Shown here: positions 35,469 through 48,124 of the stretch, in pieces | Layout of the letters: each line of letters starts with the position of its first letter | How positions within the stretch are numbered: the stretch's first letter is position 1 | Source: Blepharisma stoltei ATCC 30299 | Lineage: Eukaryota; Protista; Ciliophora | Assembly (NCBI GenBank): GCA_965603825.1 | Contig: CBFDEM010000048.1 | Span: 372,001-436,000 of the forward strand | Direction: 5' to 3' | Length of the DNA: 64,000 nucleotides | Position numbers and translations under genes: made by a program | The notes under the pieces: model-generated | What the model was told of the DNA's origin: nothing | Database searches by the model: none | What the model saw: only the letters and a program-made list of their open reading frames with translations

Positions 35469-36543
35469 GAAGTCGCTTTTTATTAAGGTTTAATAAGATG
35501 TGGCCATTTTTTAGCAAAATGATGTCACCAATTATTTTGGCTAAAATTGAATTATGCAAGGCTAAAGAAATATAAGCAAATTTCAAAATACTGAAAAAGA
35601 TTATAAGTAAAAATTAAATATTCAAAATTTTCAATAAAAAATTTTAAAGATTAGTCCCGAGGTGATTTTTATAAATAATTATCGAATTGCTGGGGCTCTG
35701 AAAAAGAATTTGATACGAGAATTTATTATTTATTAAAAATTATTGCATTTTTATTTTATTCCATTAGCATGCTTGAAAGCTATTGAGATAAGAAAGATAT
35801 ATTGATTTTGCCTATATATTTACTAATTTATATTCAGAGAAAACTCATCATTTATAAATATTTTCGCAAAAAAGAATATTATTTAAAAGCGCCGCTTGAG
35901 AATGCATTCTGGATGAAAAGATAATTAAATTAAAATTAAAATAAATTTTCAAAATCATTATAGTTCAAGCCTTATTTTGTCTCAGCCATATTTAGCTAGT
36001 AAAACAAGCTCCGCAAATGCAAAAGATTTTGCAGCAACTATATTTGCTACTTGACCAACATAATTAATTAAGAGAAATCTTAACTGCTTCAGGACCAGCT
36101 AAAAAGCCTGACTTAAAGCAAGGATTCTCTATAGAGACAATTTAAGACAAATGTATAGCATAAATCATTATAATTTGATATATCTGAAATATAAATCATA
36201 TTGTATCCTTTAAACTACAATTATTTATTACTTGATTAAAAACTATTAATAATCATATGAATCTCTAGCTTTAGTCGAAATTATAAGTTTAATTTTATTC
36301 AAAGCTAAACTCTTAGTTGCAAATTGAAACCTTTTATCAATCTTTCTTTTATTTTGGCATATTTTTACTTATTGATTTTGTTTTTCAAACTTAAAAAGTT
36401 ACTTTCTGCAGCAGGGATGTTTAAATCTTTTTTTGCTAACAGATTCCAATCAGATTGATAAGGGCAGGAACATATTGAGCCCAGCCATTATGAAGAATTG
36501 ATCAAAAATTGGTATAAATAGAAAAATGAAATACTAAAACATA

Positions 36544-36616
36544 GCCCGTCTAGCTCAGTCGGTAGAGCGCCAGCCTTTTAAGCTGGTGGTCGGGGGTTCG
36601 AGCCCCCCGGTGGGCG
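36544..36616 (+). tRNA. tRNA-Lys(UUU)
   Basis: GCCCGTC/GGTGGGC acceptor stem, TAGCTCAGTCGGTAGAGC D-arm, CCAGC-CTTTTAA-GCTGG anticodon arm, GGTTCGAGCC T-loop. Confidence 0.95.
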
Positions 36617-36622
36617 TTTTTT
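36617..36622 (+). terminator. RNA polymerase III oligo-T terminator
   Basis: T6 run immediately 3' of the tRNA. Confidence 0.7.
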
Positions 36623-36827
36623 ATGCTTTCCTCCTAATTCACTCAAATGCTTACTTTCTAGCTAATTTTTCATTCAGAACTTTATTTCTTTGAATTTTAA
36701 AAAATACTTATTATCATTCAATATCTTGAAATTGCTTAAATTATCACAAAAAATTAATTTTTTGAAAAATCAGGCAGGATTATTTTATCTAAAAGACAAA
36801 ATGATTAATAATTATACAAAAATTAAA

Positions 36828-38264
36828 TTAAAAACAGGTTCTAAGATATAAGTAATAGTAAAGGCAGTGCAATACTTCTAAAAATACCATTGAATTTCCT
36901 TGTCTCAATTTAAAGTCTAGCACATAGCTATCCTCGTATTTATATATGTTTAAGCTCATTTTCACTCTGTTTTCTGGAAAAACTGTCCGCAAATGAAGAT
37001 TTAGATTGTTTAGGCATCTTCACTCAAGCCCTGAGTCTTTAAAAGAACTAAGCATGCTAACCATAAAGTGATTCGGGTCTAAATTAGACCGAAACCCATA
37101 CACTCAGTTTGAAGGAGGCTCAAAATCAGATTTTTGCTCTAAAAAATCGTTTCTCGACGACGATCTTGAAGAAACCTCTGTGCTTACATTAGAATTTCTT
37201 TGAAATAAAGGGACTCCGATATCATCCCCAAGAGGTTTTATTCTGCTTTTGGCTTGATCTAATAACAAATAATAGCATACAGTAAAATCATTATTGGTCT
37301 TATTCATAATCCCTTGGCGAATTTCTTCAATTTTTTCAGTTTCAACTTCAATAAGTTTTAAGCATTCCTTAAAAAGTTCTTCATCTATCGTATTAATATA
37401 ATTATATTCAGCTTTTGACTCAAAGTCTATAAAAGACCCTTTTCGCCTTACTTTTACAGGAAGATTTGCTTGGAATCATGGATGATGCTTTATTTGGTTT
37501 ATTGTGATCCTTGCAATCGGGTCCGGGTTCAACATCCTCGATATCAGATCTTTGGCGAATTCAGAAACACTGTAAGGAATCACAAAATTCGCACTTCTAA
37601 TCTTAGTAAAAAGGGAAGGTAAATTGTTATCATCAAATGGCAGAAAACCTGCAAGAAGTGTATACAAGACCACCCCGATGCTCCACACGTCGACTTCTGG
37701 GCCACTATAATTCTGTCCTGCTAATATCTCAGGAGCTGCATAGTTCGGAGATCCACAGCAGGTCTTCAAAAAATCTCCATCTGGCATGATATTAGAAAGG
37801 CCGAAATCTGCAAGTTTTATATTACCGAACTCATCAAGAAGAAGATTTTCAGGCTTAATGTCACGATGTGTCAGTCTCATATTGTGAACATATTCGATAC
37901 CTGATAAAATTTGCTGAATGTAAATACGGGTCTGGTCTTCTGATATTTTTCCATTTCGGTCGAGATGAGTGTAAAGTTCTCCGCCTGGGAGATATTCTAA
38001 AACAAGAGCAAGGTTAGAAGGGGTGTCTATGACTTCGTAAAGCTTTATTATATGTGGATGCCGAAATAGCTTAAGTGCTTTAATTTCACGCTTGACTTTG
38101 GAAATTACACGCTTTTCTGAAATTGTTCGCTTTTTAAGGATTTTTATAGCTACTTTTGTGGATGTTGCGAGATGTTCAGCAACTAAATTAAAATTACGCT
38201 TTACTTGGCCAAAAGTGCCGCTCCCGAGAGGACTTAGAATCCGATAATTTGCAAGACCTGACAT
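36828..38264 (-). CDS. AMPK/SNF1 catalytic alpha subunit-like kinase
   Basis: GSGTFGQVK, HRDIKPEN, DFGLSN, CGSPNYAAPE, GPEVDVW. HP-W(TGA)-F and N-W(TGA)-VYG in the C-terminal domain. 15-nt intron. Confidence 0.92.
38183..38197 (-). other. 15-nt intron (in frame, no stop)
   Basis: GTAATTTTAATTTAG; removal gives the canonical VKLAEH. Confidence 0.85.
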
Positions 38265-38867
38265 AAATAAATTGATGACGTGATTATTTTAGTATGGTTA
38301 AAGGTTATTTTCTTCAACTTATGTGATAGATTTAAATTTTAATAAATCAAAAGGTAAAATTACGTCATAAGTTTTTAAAGGTTGGTCTATATGCAGGATT
38401 TTTTTGATGAATTAGGAATTAAAATATTTATTTAGTGAAAATAGCGGAAATAAATGATCTGAAAATTTGTGAGAGCATTTTTTGTAAATTCAACTTTCAT
38501 ATTTAAAGGAGATTTTAATGAATAAAAATTATGGAGAATGGATGGAAAAGTGGATCAAAATTTGGGATTAGAGATAATTATAAATTAAAATTAAAAGAAT
38601 ACTAAGTTTGAATTAAATATTTACTGGAGATTAATCGAATAAATATTATTGATATTCAGTCTTAATAAAAGGCAAATATCATACAAAAAATCCATATTTT
38701 TATCTTGGGCTACTGAAATCGGAGCTTCGAATCCAAAAGCTTCAAGCCATTAAATGTTTTTTCTGAGCCTAAATTTATTCTTTTGCATGCATTTCTCATT
38801 TCAGCCATTTTAAAAAAAATCACAATTTTTCAATATTCTACTTTAATTATTTCTTATATCACTGCTA

Positions 38868-39788
38868 TTAATGCATATCAATATCTTCATCAAAGAATTT
38901 TGTTTCTTCTTCTTTATCTAGGTCAGCTAGCATATCTCCTACAGAGTCCCAAGAATTCTCATGAGATTCATGACTTCCTCTTAAAGCGTCCATAAAAGTA
39001 TATCTGCCTATTCTTTTCGCCACAGCAGTGTGGCTCATACAAAATTCCTTCCATATAATCTCTGGATCAATCCCTACAAATCTTTTTGCAAAAGTTGTGC
39101 AAACGATTTTGTCAGGACAAGCTTTCGGCTTTATGTCAGCAAAAGGTCCAAATTTGTTATAATGTTTTTTCGCTTCTGAAAATTGCACTGGGCCACATCC
39201 GTATAGTCTTCTTCCTTCGGAATATGTGATCTCATTAGCAGAAATCGACAGAATTCTTTTCTTTTCAGACCTTTTTTTGCAGTTTTTCTTGTACGCAAGT
39301 GCAAGATTTTCAAGTAGTCTTGTAGCTAAATCTTCTTTATTTCCGGTATTTGCTTGTCGTCTGCGTTTTCTCATATTGGTTTGGTCGTATGGGTCTTCAA
39401 TGCTGAAATTTCTGGCGACTTGTAAATCTTCAGCTGTATCAATTATAAGATTATGAGGGTCTCCTTTAGAAATTACCCCTGCCATCAGCAAAAGTACATG
39501 GCGGAGATGTTTTTGCATATCAGTATTTTTTACCTCACCATAGGGAAGCCGACGTGATGGAGTTACTGGGGTTGACGACAGAAGATACGAGAGATAGTCA
39601 CGATTCTCTTTTGACAGCAATTTTACAAATTGATTTAAACCCTGGGCTTCTTGATCCATATGGAGATATTGATCATTAGTTGGCTTTCAGGAAAACGCAA
39701 GGTCGCAATCATAGAGGGATGCTGGCTCCTCATCAACAAGAGCTCGTGGTCCATCCTCATTGAGGAAGGAATCAAACATTTCTTCCAT
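38868..39788 (-). CDS. Hypothetical protein (306 aa)
   Basis: Track ORF extends upstream through one TGA=Trp to ATG 39788. Confidence 0.7.
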
Positions 39789-40242
39789 AATTAGTAAATT
39801 ATTGTGACATGTAGAGACAGAAAAGAAATTTCTATATATTTTGGAGAAGAGCTAAGAAGAGATAAATAAGGGAAAAATAGAAGGATGAGACAAGCTGATT
39901 AGGAAGTGATAAGAAGGGAATTAAAGAAAAATTGGGAGGATCGACTGGTGAATTATTTTTAAATTAAATAAAGTTTATAATATGGATAGAATTTTTTTAG
40001 TGATAGCTAGAAGAAGCCGCTCTACAGGGATTCCCAAAATTTATTTTTTCTAATTAACTTTTATATAAGCTTATTTAGATGGTATTAATCTGCAATATTT
40101 TATAGCGATCTAGCTCTCTAAAATTAATTAACTACATCTAAATCCCTTTTAGCACAGAAAATAAGACTTCTTCAAATTTAGATAACTTTATGAAATTTTT
40201 CTGATTAAGAAGCGAATTGAGTTATATTAATTTTTCAACTTT

Positions 40243-41019
40243 TTATTCTAAATTCATTGTATTATTTGTATATGTTTTACTGATTTCTTGAAGAGCATTA
40301 AGGTAATTTTCCCATCTCAGGACCATAACCAGTTTATTAGATACTGAGTCATCAGTTGTTGGCATTGCGTCTCTTTTTGGAACTCCTGCTCCTGCCTCCG
40401 CATCAAACGTAAAGCTTTCTTCTGAATATTTCAATAATATTTCGTCCTCCAGTCTAAAATAAAGCTGAGATTCTGGAGCTGCCAGTCTTCGTTTTTTCCT
40501 TCCTTTTCCAGAGTTATTCATCAAATTTACACATTTCGACAAGGAGATTATAAAATCATATTGTGCATAAGCTTGCGGAAATTTCTCAATTGCCCAATTA
40601 ACATCTTCAACCAGCTGATTGTGTAAAACTGGAATAAGCTCAATTGGAAGATTCACAATTCTTTCACAAATAAGAAACCCGACTCTGTGGTTATTTGTGA
40701 TTGAAATGTCGCCTTTGCTGCTAAGATAATTCATTAAGTAGCTTGAAATATCGGATGGGGCACTAAGATTCACTATAGTTATGAATCCCAAGATGTTGTC
40801 TTCAGGCTTTTCACCATTATCAGCAACCAAAAATGTGCCGATTTCTTGATTGCATATAAGATCTGCAAGCTGTGAGATCGGACATCGGTAATCAAAGAGA
40901 CTGTAGAGGAAATTCCTGATGCAGAGGGAAAATTCAGGTCTTGGGTCAAGGAAATCGAAATTCACATCCATCATCATTGCATCTGATGATGGCTCAAATG
41001 AAATGTTTTCCTCTTCCAT
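40243..41019 (-). CDS. BCCIP: BCCIP/Bcp1 family protein
   Basis: VNFDFLDP, LADLI, GFLICERIVNLP, YFRLEDE. Confidence 0.85.
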   Translation of the reverse strand: MEEENISFEPSSDAMMMDVNFDFLDPRPEFSLCIRNFLYSLFDYRCPISQLADLICNQEIGTFLVADNGEKPEDNILGFITIVNLSAPSDISSYLMNYLSSKGDISITNNHRVGFLICERIVNLPIELIPVLHNQLVEDVNWAIEKFPQAYAQYDFIISLSKCVNLMNNSGKGRKKRRLAAPESQLYFRLEDEILLKYSEESFTFDAEAGAGVPKRDAMPTTDDSVSNKLVMVLRWENYLNALQEISKTYTNNTMNLE

Positions 41020-41294
41020 TTTTAATAGAACTCTGGATAAAAAATCAATTTAGATGCATTGAAATTCAGGCAGATTTTAGATAATAATAATAATAAATTA
41101 AAAATTTTGGGAAGGCTTAAAAAGATATTTTGCAAATTAAATTTATAAAGCATGAGATGTTAGTAGGGGAGAAATGATAATATATGGCTTTTACATATAT
41201 TGAATTTTGCTTGAATGCTGTCTCATTAGCAGGAATAGGATTTCATCTCTATATCTAAGTAGACTAAAAATTGACTGAAGATATCTTAATTTAA

Positions 41295-42494
41295 TTAATT
41301 ATCCATATCCTCGTCAATATAAAGCTTCGTATGAGTAATCATCGGAATACTATTAAAATTCGTTCCCCAAGAAACACTATATGACCCCATTACATCAAAG
41401 CATATTTTATCACCTATATCGACTGATGGAAAATCATGGTCATAAATCCTATCATCTCCGGAACAAGTAGGACCAAAAAACGTCGAATGAAATTTTGGGG
41501 GATTTTCGGGGTCTCCCATATAAATTGGTACTGGCAAATTATCGTCTGCGTAAGGCAAAAATCTTAAAGTTCCTTCAACTCCGTCAGATAAAATATAATC
41601 TATATGAGTTTCTCCATTTATAACTCTGCTTCTTTTACCTACGACGGTAAAGCAGCTGGAAACAACTGAGGCTGATAAATATTTCCCAGGCTCAGCAATT
41701 ATTTTTATATTTTTTTCTCTAAAAAACTCAGAAATTCCGCGGTTTATATCATTTGCAGCTCTGTCGAAATATTTTTCATTAAAACCTCCTCCTACGTCTA
41801 AAATTTCCATAGCAAATCCATAATTTTCTGCAATTTTTCAGGCTTCACTTGCTTTTTTGATAGCATGATAGTAAGCTATCGTATTTTTCATGGAATGCCC
41901 TACATAAAAGCTGATTCCAACTATATTCATTCCTAATTCGATTGCGAATTCAAAAATATTATCATATTCGCTTGATAATGCGCCGAATTTTTGGTTATAC
42001 TGAGATGCTGACTCTTCATCACCAGCTTGGATTCTTAGTATCATTTTTAGATTTTTCAGTCCAAAATTAGAAATCTTTTGCAATTCTTCAACACAGTCAA
42101 AAGTTGTATATTTCACACCTAAATTCGAAATCGCTCTAAGGTCTCTTTGAGATTTGAATGGCTGTGCACAAATTACATCAGTTTCAAAATTTACGTTAGT
42201 GTTTTGAGCAAATTCGAGCTCGTTTTTGCTTGCACAATCAAATCCAAGGCCTAAAGATGCCATTCTTAGCATCATTTCTGGGTCAGGGTTGGATTTTACA
42301 GCATAAAATGGTCTAATGAGAGGAAGTTTTTGATGCCACCTTTCTACAAGACTATTTATCTTAGATAAATCATATAAAGCAATGTTATTTTCAAATTCTT
42401 TTTGCCTCAAAATGGTACTAAAGATTTCCTTTGTTGAAGCCTCGTTTCCTAGTCTAATTTTCCAACCCAAATTATCTCTTACAGTTCGGCGCAT
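41295..42494 (-). CDS. Ornithine decarboxylase-like (fold-type III PLP) protein, copy A
   Basis: PFYAVKSN, FDCAS, KFG, LDVGGGF, AEPG, GPTC; TGA=Trp at 41838. Confidence 0.9.
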
Positions 42495-42574
42495 TTTTAG
42501 CAGCTATCTCTAATATATTATTGATTTTTCAACAAAAATTATTGTAAAAACTAAATATTTATTAATTGCTGAAA

Positions 42575-43759
42575 TTATTGCTCGTCAAGATAAAGTTTTG
42601 AATAATTTAAATCTTCATTTGAAACTGACTCTGTAAAAATATTACTATAAGCTCCCATTTTTTCAAATGATACTTTATCTCCAATTTCCACTAATGGAAA
42701 CTCACATTCAGCTATTTTTTCTCCTTTCGGTCCATAAAAAATCGAATAGGATTGTGAATTATCATTTTCGCCCATAAATATAGGAGTGACTACATTGTCT
42801 TTTGAAAAAGATAAAAAATAAAATGCTCCTTCTATCCCATCTGAAAGAGTATATTCAATTATTGTGTTTCCTTCAACTATTTTGATGGTTTTATTTATTA
42901 TTGTATTACAAGTAGATAAAACTGATTCCGAAAAATATTTTCCTGGCTCTGCAACAATTCTGATATTTTTTTCACTAAAAAATTCATCAAGCCCACGAGT
43001 CACATCTACTGCTGCGCTGCTAAAATTACTCTCAGAAAAACCTCCACCAATATCTAAAATCTCCATAATAAATCCAAATTCCTCCGCAATCTTTCATGCT
43101 TCGCTTGCATTTTCAATAGCTTTATAAAACGCATCTGTATTTTTCATAGAGTGGCCTACATAAAAACTGATCCCAGATATTTTTAGCCCTAATATTCCTG
43201 CATCAAGAAAAATGTTTCTGTATTCAGATTTTACTGCTCCAAATTTCCTATACCCTGCTGGTATATCTTTTTCATCTCCTCCTTCTATCAATAAAATAAA
43301 TTTTAAATTTCTCATCCCAAAATTCGCTGCAATTTGCAGCTCCTCAACAGACTCAAATGTAGCATATACAACTCCTGAATTTGAAATAGAACTACAAAAT
43401 TCTTCAGATTTAAAAGGCTGTGCACAAATGGCATCTGTCTCAAAATTGATATTTATAGTTCGAGCTGATTCAAGCTCTTTTGCACTTGCAAAATCAAAAC
43501 CAGCACCTAGATGAGCGAGTTTTGAAATTATTTGTAAATCTGGATTAGATTTGACTGCGTAAAATGGTCTGACATTAGGAAGTTTTTGATTCCAATTGTG
43601 TATAAGACTTTTAAGTTTTGATAGGTCATAAAGGGCTAAGTTATTAGCAGCATCTTTTTGCCTTAGGATTGTCTTAAAAATATCTCTTGTCGAATACTCG
43701 CTTTCTAGGTTTATCGTTACTCCAGAAATGTCCTTGACTATCTTATTCATATTATCCAT
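42575..43759 (-). CDS. Ornithine decarboxylase-like protein, copy B, lacking the catalytic Cys-Asp loop
   Basis: PFYAVKSN, KFG, LDIGGGF, AEPG, MGAY are present; GPTCD is replaced by GPKGE; TGA=Trp at 43094. Confidence 0.88.
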
Positions 43760-44121
43760 TTATTTTTAATACCTGATATTTCAAAGAAATAAGCACGCAA
43801 GCTTTTTCATATTTTTCGAGATAACTTTGCCTATTATTTCTAATAGAGAATGCAATCTCGGTAAAAATTTTAAGATTGTTTATTAACCAATAGTAAATTA
43901 TTTATCAAGAAATTTATCTATATTTTAAAGGGTATAAAAATTTCTGTGAATTTACTATTAGGTATTATCTACAATATATTAATATAAATCCTATTATTCT
44001 ATAATTAATTGCAAATTCTTTACCTTAAACAATATATAATAATTTAGCAGCCTAAAACATCAATGATTTTAATGAGAATTTCTCATCAATTTAATAATCT
44101 ATTAATAAATAATTTCTAGCT

Positions 44122-44985
44122 ATGGAGATAACACAGCAAATTACCAGAAAAGTTAAAAATTGGTTAGAAAAAATCCCTGCATTAACTCGGCTTATTCTTT
44201 TGATTAGCTTTTTCTCATATCTCATTTATATCCTTATATCACTCATTCAAATCTATATCCATTCTGGTGGCCATAGGGCAGTAACTTTTCTCAAAGTCTG
44301 ACAAATTTATATGGTTCCCTACACAAATTTTATATCATATCTTACTGAATTGGCGATTTATTATCTTATTGCAAACAGTACAGAGAAAAAGCTCGGGACT
44401 GCTAGGTATTCAATTTTTGTTATTGTCAACTTATTTTTGACTGAATTTATTCACTATTTACTTTATTCATTAATCAATTTTATTTTGAAGGACTTCATGC
44501 TAAATTTCAGAAATATGATTTTTCCAGGGTTATGGGGACTTATTATGACTGATTTAATTATCAAATACAATAAAAACCCTGAAAAACAAGAGCACTGATT
44601 TATATCTTTAAACGTAAAATCAAAATATGTGCCTTATATTTACTTCTTTTCAATTTCTCTGCTATTTCCTGTTGTATTAAAACTGCTTTCAGGTTTGATT
44701 ATAGGGTATCTTTGTAAAATTTATATAGACGTTTACCATAAACTTGATTTTTTAACCATTTCTGATATGAAGGCCGAGGACTTAGAAAGAGCGAACATTT
44801 GCTCTTGACTAAAAAATATGCCGAATTTTATAAGAGTGTCTGCAATAGAAAAAGAAGAACATGATGAGCAAGATCATATTGACTTAGGAAGCTCAGAATA
44901 TTCAAACTCTAGTATCACTTCTACTTCATTAGATAATGAGTATGAACTTTTAGAGGAAACTGATAAAATACTGATCACAGCTTAA
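44122..44985 (+). CDS. Rhomboid/Derlin-superfamily membrane protein, probably inactive
   Basis: IPALTR, V-W(TGA)-Q, EKKLGT, VKSKYVPY, LSGLIIGYL; three TGA=Trp codons; intron 44714-44728. Confidence 0.7.
44714..44728 (+). other. 15-nt intron (in frame, no stop)
   Basis: GTAAAATTTATATAG matches the consensus; removal gives GYLY. Confidence 0.75.
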
Positions 44986-45121
44986 TTTTTCTTAAATTAA
45001 ATCATTTATTTTCTGTCTGATTTTATTATATTATTCCCAAACAAAAGTTTTTAATTCATAAATTTAATTCTTTATTTGGCAATTTAGTATTTCCTTATCC
45101 CTCAATTTTATATACTTAAAA

Positions 45122-46627
45122 ATGGAAGATCGAGGCCAAAAAGTGGAATCAAACTCCTTTTTTATCTCATCAATCACAGACATTCCCGAATCCAAACTCT
45201 CTGTTCTTGGCTATTATCAGATCCGCGCTTATTCATGGGAACTTAGTGGAGAACGCAGAAAATTTGCTGAGGTGTCTTATCATTCCATTTCTGAAGCCGA
45301 TAAGGCGTATAACACCCTCAATGGCATTTCTATTGATTCTCAGCCTATTCGTTTTCTTCTCAAACGTGCAGCGACCACTCTGTGGCTTACAGGGCTTCCA
45401 GGCATCGTCTATAATCGTGATCTGTTCACGGGGCTTCAAGATTTGACCCCAGGTCTGATTAATGTCACAATTCCTCAGAATCCAGAGTAACCATTACTTA
45501 GAGTTCCTGGCATTTCCTGTCTTGGCATCGCCGTTCTTACCTACGACACCCACTCACACGCAGAAGATGCTTTGGCCATTCTTAAAAACCCTGCTCGTCT
45601 TTATAACCAGAACTACAGAGTATTCGTCAATCGCGATATCCAAGTGATGTGGGCTGAGCCTTTTTTCGACCTAAACTCCTACTTAGCAAAAGAAACTCGC
45701 AATGTTTTCGTTTCGAATTTGCCAGTTAACGCTAGCATTCGTCTTATAGAAGAAGAGTTATCCTGCTTCGGACAAATAGAACGCATAAGAAGATACGCAA
45801 CCTTTGCCATCGTCACCATGAAAACAACCAGCGACGCCAAAGCCCTTATGAAATCTAATGGCTTGCTCGTTGATGGTAGGAAATGGAAAATTTATCCTGC
45901 AGTCCGCATTAATGAAGATCCATATGAGCCTGATCTTTATCGACATCTCAAACATCAAGCCCCTCGCTCTCATCCATCTTCGTCTAGCACAAATGAGCCT
46001 GCTTATGAACTCTCTGTTCTGCAACTTTCTACAGCGGATCGTCAGCGACTATATGAAGTAATTCAAGCTTCACCAGCTTTTCCTTGCAATAGGGAGTCAT
46101 TTGTGAAAGGACTCAGTGTAGATTTGCTGAATAAAGCTAGAAAGTTATTGCAGCACTCACGGAGACCTAGCGAAACTGTAGCACCTAAAGATTATTTGTT
46201 GACTCATGATAATAAACTTGTTGCTGGCTACGAACCTATCAAAAAGCCGAGGTATTCTGACCCGCCTAGATTTCCTGAAACACAAAAACGGTTGCCAGAA
46301 CCAGCTGCGCCTACTCTTATAGAGCCAAAATCGTCAATTAGATATGACCAACGGTTTGATGCACATGCTTCACGGTTTTCTAATGACTCCCCAGCGAGAT
46401 TTCCTAATGAGATAGCTCATTTTCAGAACGAAAGCAACCCTCCAGCTTATTTTCCGTATTCACAGCAGCCGAATGTGGGAAATCAGCAGCATGTTGATAG
46501 AAATATGGCACAAAATCATCCAATTTCCCCTGAACAAATGCAGAATTTAACTGCTGAGCAAAAGATGCATTATTTCTATTATCTCAATAATCCTGGCGCC
46601 TATTATAATCAGTATGGGCCGTATTAG
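45122..46627 (+). CDS. Three-RRM RNA-binding protein (hnRNP R/Q-like) with P/Q/N-rich tail
   Basis: Intron 45487-45501 joins the track ORFs. LWLTGLP, VMWAEP, VFVSNLP. Confidence 0.8.
45487..45501 (+). other. 15-nt intron
   Basis: GTAACCATTACTTAG; removes an in-frame TAA. Confidence 0.9.
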
Positions 46628-46875
46628 TCTAAAATATTGGTATTAGCTAGTTGAAAAATTAATTTTTATTGTTTTAGTGTTTATAACATGGTAAAACCCT
46701 TATTTTAGAAGTTTTTATTACAATATGCCTTTTAATTTCTTATAAATATAACCAAAAATATGTAAATTAAGTGTTTATAATTTTTAAATGCTTTATCTAT
46801 CAATTTTAATTGGATTGTATGGTTTCATTTGAACTTTTTCCTTATTTCCTAGTCTTCCATTAAATAAAAATTGCA

Positions 46876-47295
46876 ATGGCAAGCGTCTCCTCTGACCTTC
46901 TCTGGGAACTCTTAAGAAACAACAACAAATACCTCATCCGTCGCCAAAACACTGATTTCTCAGCTGACCCTTACAATCTCGTGAACATTCACAGCCAGAA
47001 GTTCGCAGGAATCGCAAGCACAAGTGCAATTGGAGTAGCCACCAGGAAAAAAGGAGAATCAGTCACCCTCAAAGCCAAAAAACTCAGAAAATACGGGCTC
47101 AAAGGCAAAACTCAGCACGAAGTAAAAATCGCAGTCAAGAAAGGAGATTACTCTGGAAGAGCCAAAAGTGCACTTGTCTCTTTGGTTGAAAGCAGAAATC
47201 CTGGTTTAGCTAAAGCTGCTTCAGAAAGAATGCAAAAACTTCATAGCTCTGAACACCCAAAGAAGACGATTACTCGTAGAAACAGAAAAGCTTAA
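46876..47295 (+). CDS. RPL28: 60S ribosomal protein L28 (eL28)
   Basis: SSDLLWELLRNNN, FSADPYNL.N..S.KF.G. Confidence 0.93.
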   Translation: MASVSSDLLWELLRNNNKYLIRRQNTDFSADPYNLVNIHSQKFAGIASTSAIGVATRKKGESVTLKAKKLRKYGLKGKTQHEVKIAVKKGDYSGRAKSALVSLVESRNPGLAKAASERMQKLHSSEHPKKTITRRNRKA

Positions 47296-47341
47296 ATAAG
47301 TTTCTTAAGACTTTATTTTCAAAATAATATATTGTTAAAAC

Positions 47342-48118
47342 ATGTGGGGATTTGTTAGAAAAATCAAGGATTTCGGAACAAGAAGATTTAATACAGAAAA
47401 TAATTATTCAAGTTTCTCAAGAGCTAGAAGAAACGAATTAAAAGAAAAACACCCTGAAATAGGTGGAGAAGAGAGGAAAAAAATGATTGATGAAGAATGG
47501 GAACAAAAGTGTAGAGAAAGAGAGAATTATGAGAATAGGATGCTTTTAAACAGAGATTTTTACTTGCAGGATACGTTAAAAGTAGCTTACGAATTATTAG
47601 GGAAAGTAATTGAGCATCAGACTCCTGAGGGAACTATAGCTGTAATAATAAATGAAACTGAAGCTTATACGGATTATGATCCTGGGTCTATTTCTTATAA
47701 GGGAAAAAAGACCACTAGAAGCAGCTGAATGTTCACTGATGGAGGAAATATTTTCTTATATAAAAGTATGGGGATCCATTTAATATGAAATATTATAACT
47801 GAAACACCTGATAGAGGATGCGGAGTATTGGTAAGAGGGTGTATACATTTAAGAGGAACTGAGTTTCTTAATGGTATTGAAAAAGTAAAAAATGTATTAA
47901 AAGCCATGGATGGACCTGGAAAAGTTACTAAAAAATTAAGAATTCCTATGGAATATAATGGGACATCCATAATTCATCCAGATTCACCAATAAAAATCTA
48001 CGATGAAGGATACATCCCACAAAACGTAAAAACAACAACAAGAATCAACGTCCCCAACGACTTACCATGGAGGTTTGTTTGTAATGAATTTTTAAAAAAT
48101 AACGAAATTTACCCATAA
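47342..48118 (+). CDS. MPG: 3-methyladenine DNA glycosylase (MPG/AAG family) with N-terminal HMG-box-like segment
   Basis: VAYELLGK, INETEAY, GVLVRG, GPGKV, PWRF; two TGA=Trp codons. Confidence 0.85.
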
Positions 48119-48124
48119 TTACAG

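Noticed and set aside
36400-36490. 29-codon minus-strand ORF (MAGLNMFLPL...) upstream of the tRNA
   Set aside because: Too short and unsupported.
36544-36616. tRNA as a UGA suppressor
   Set aside because: The anticodon is UUU (Lys).
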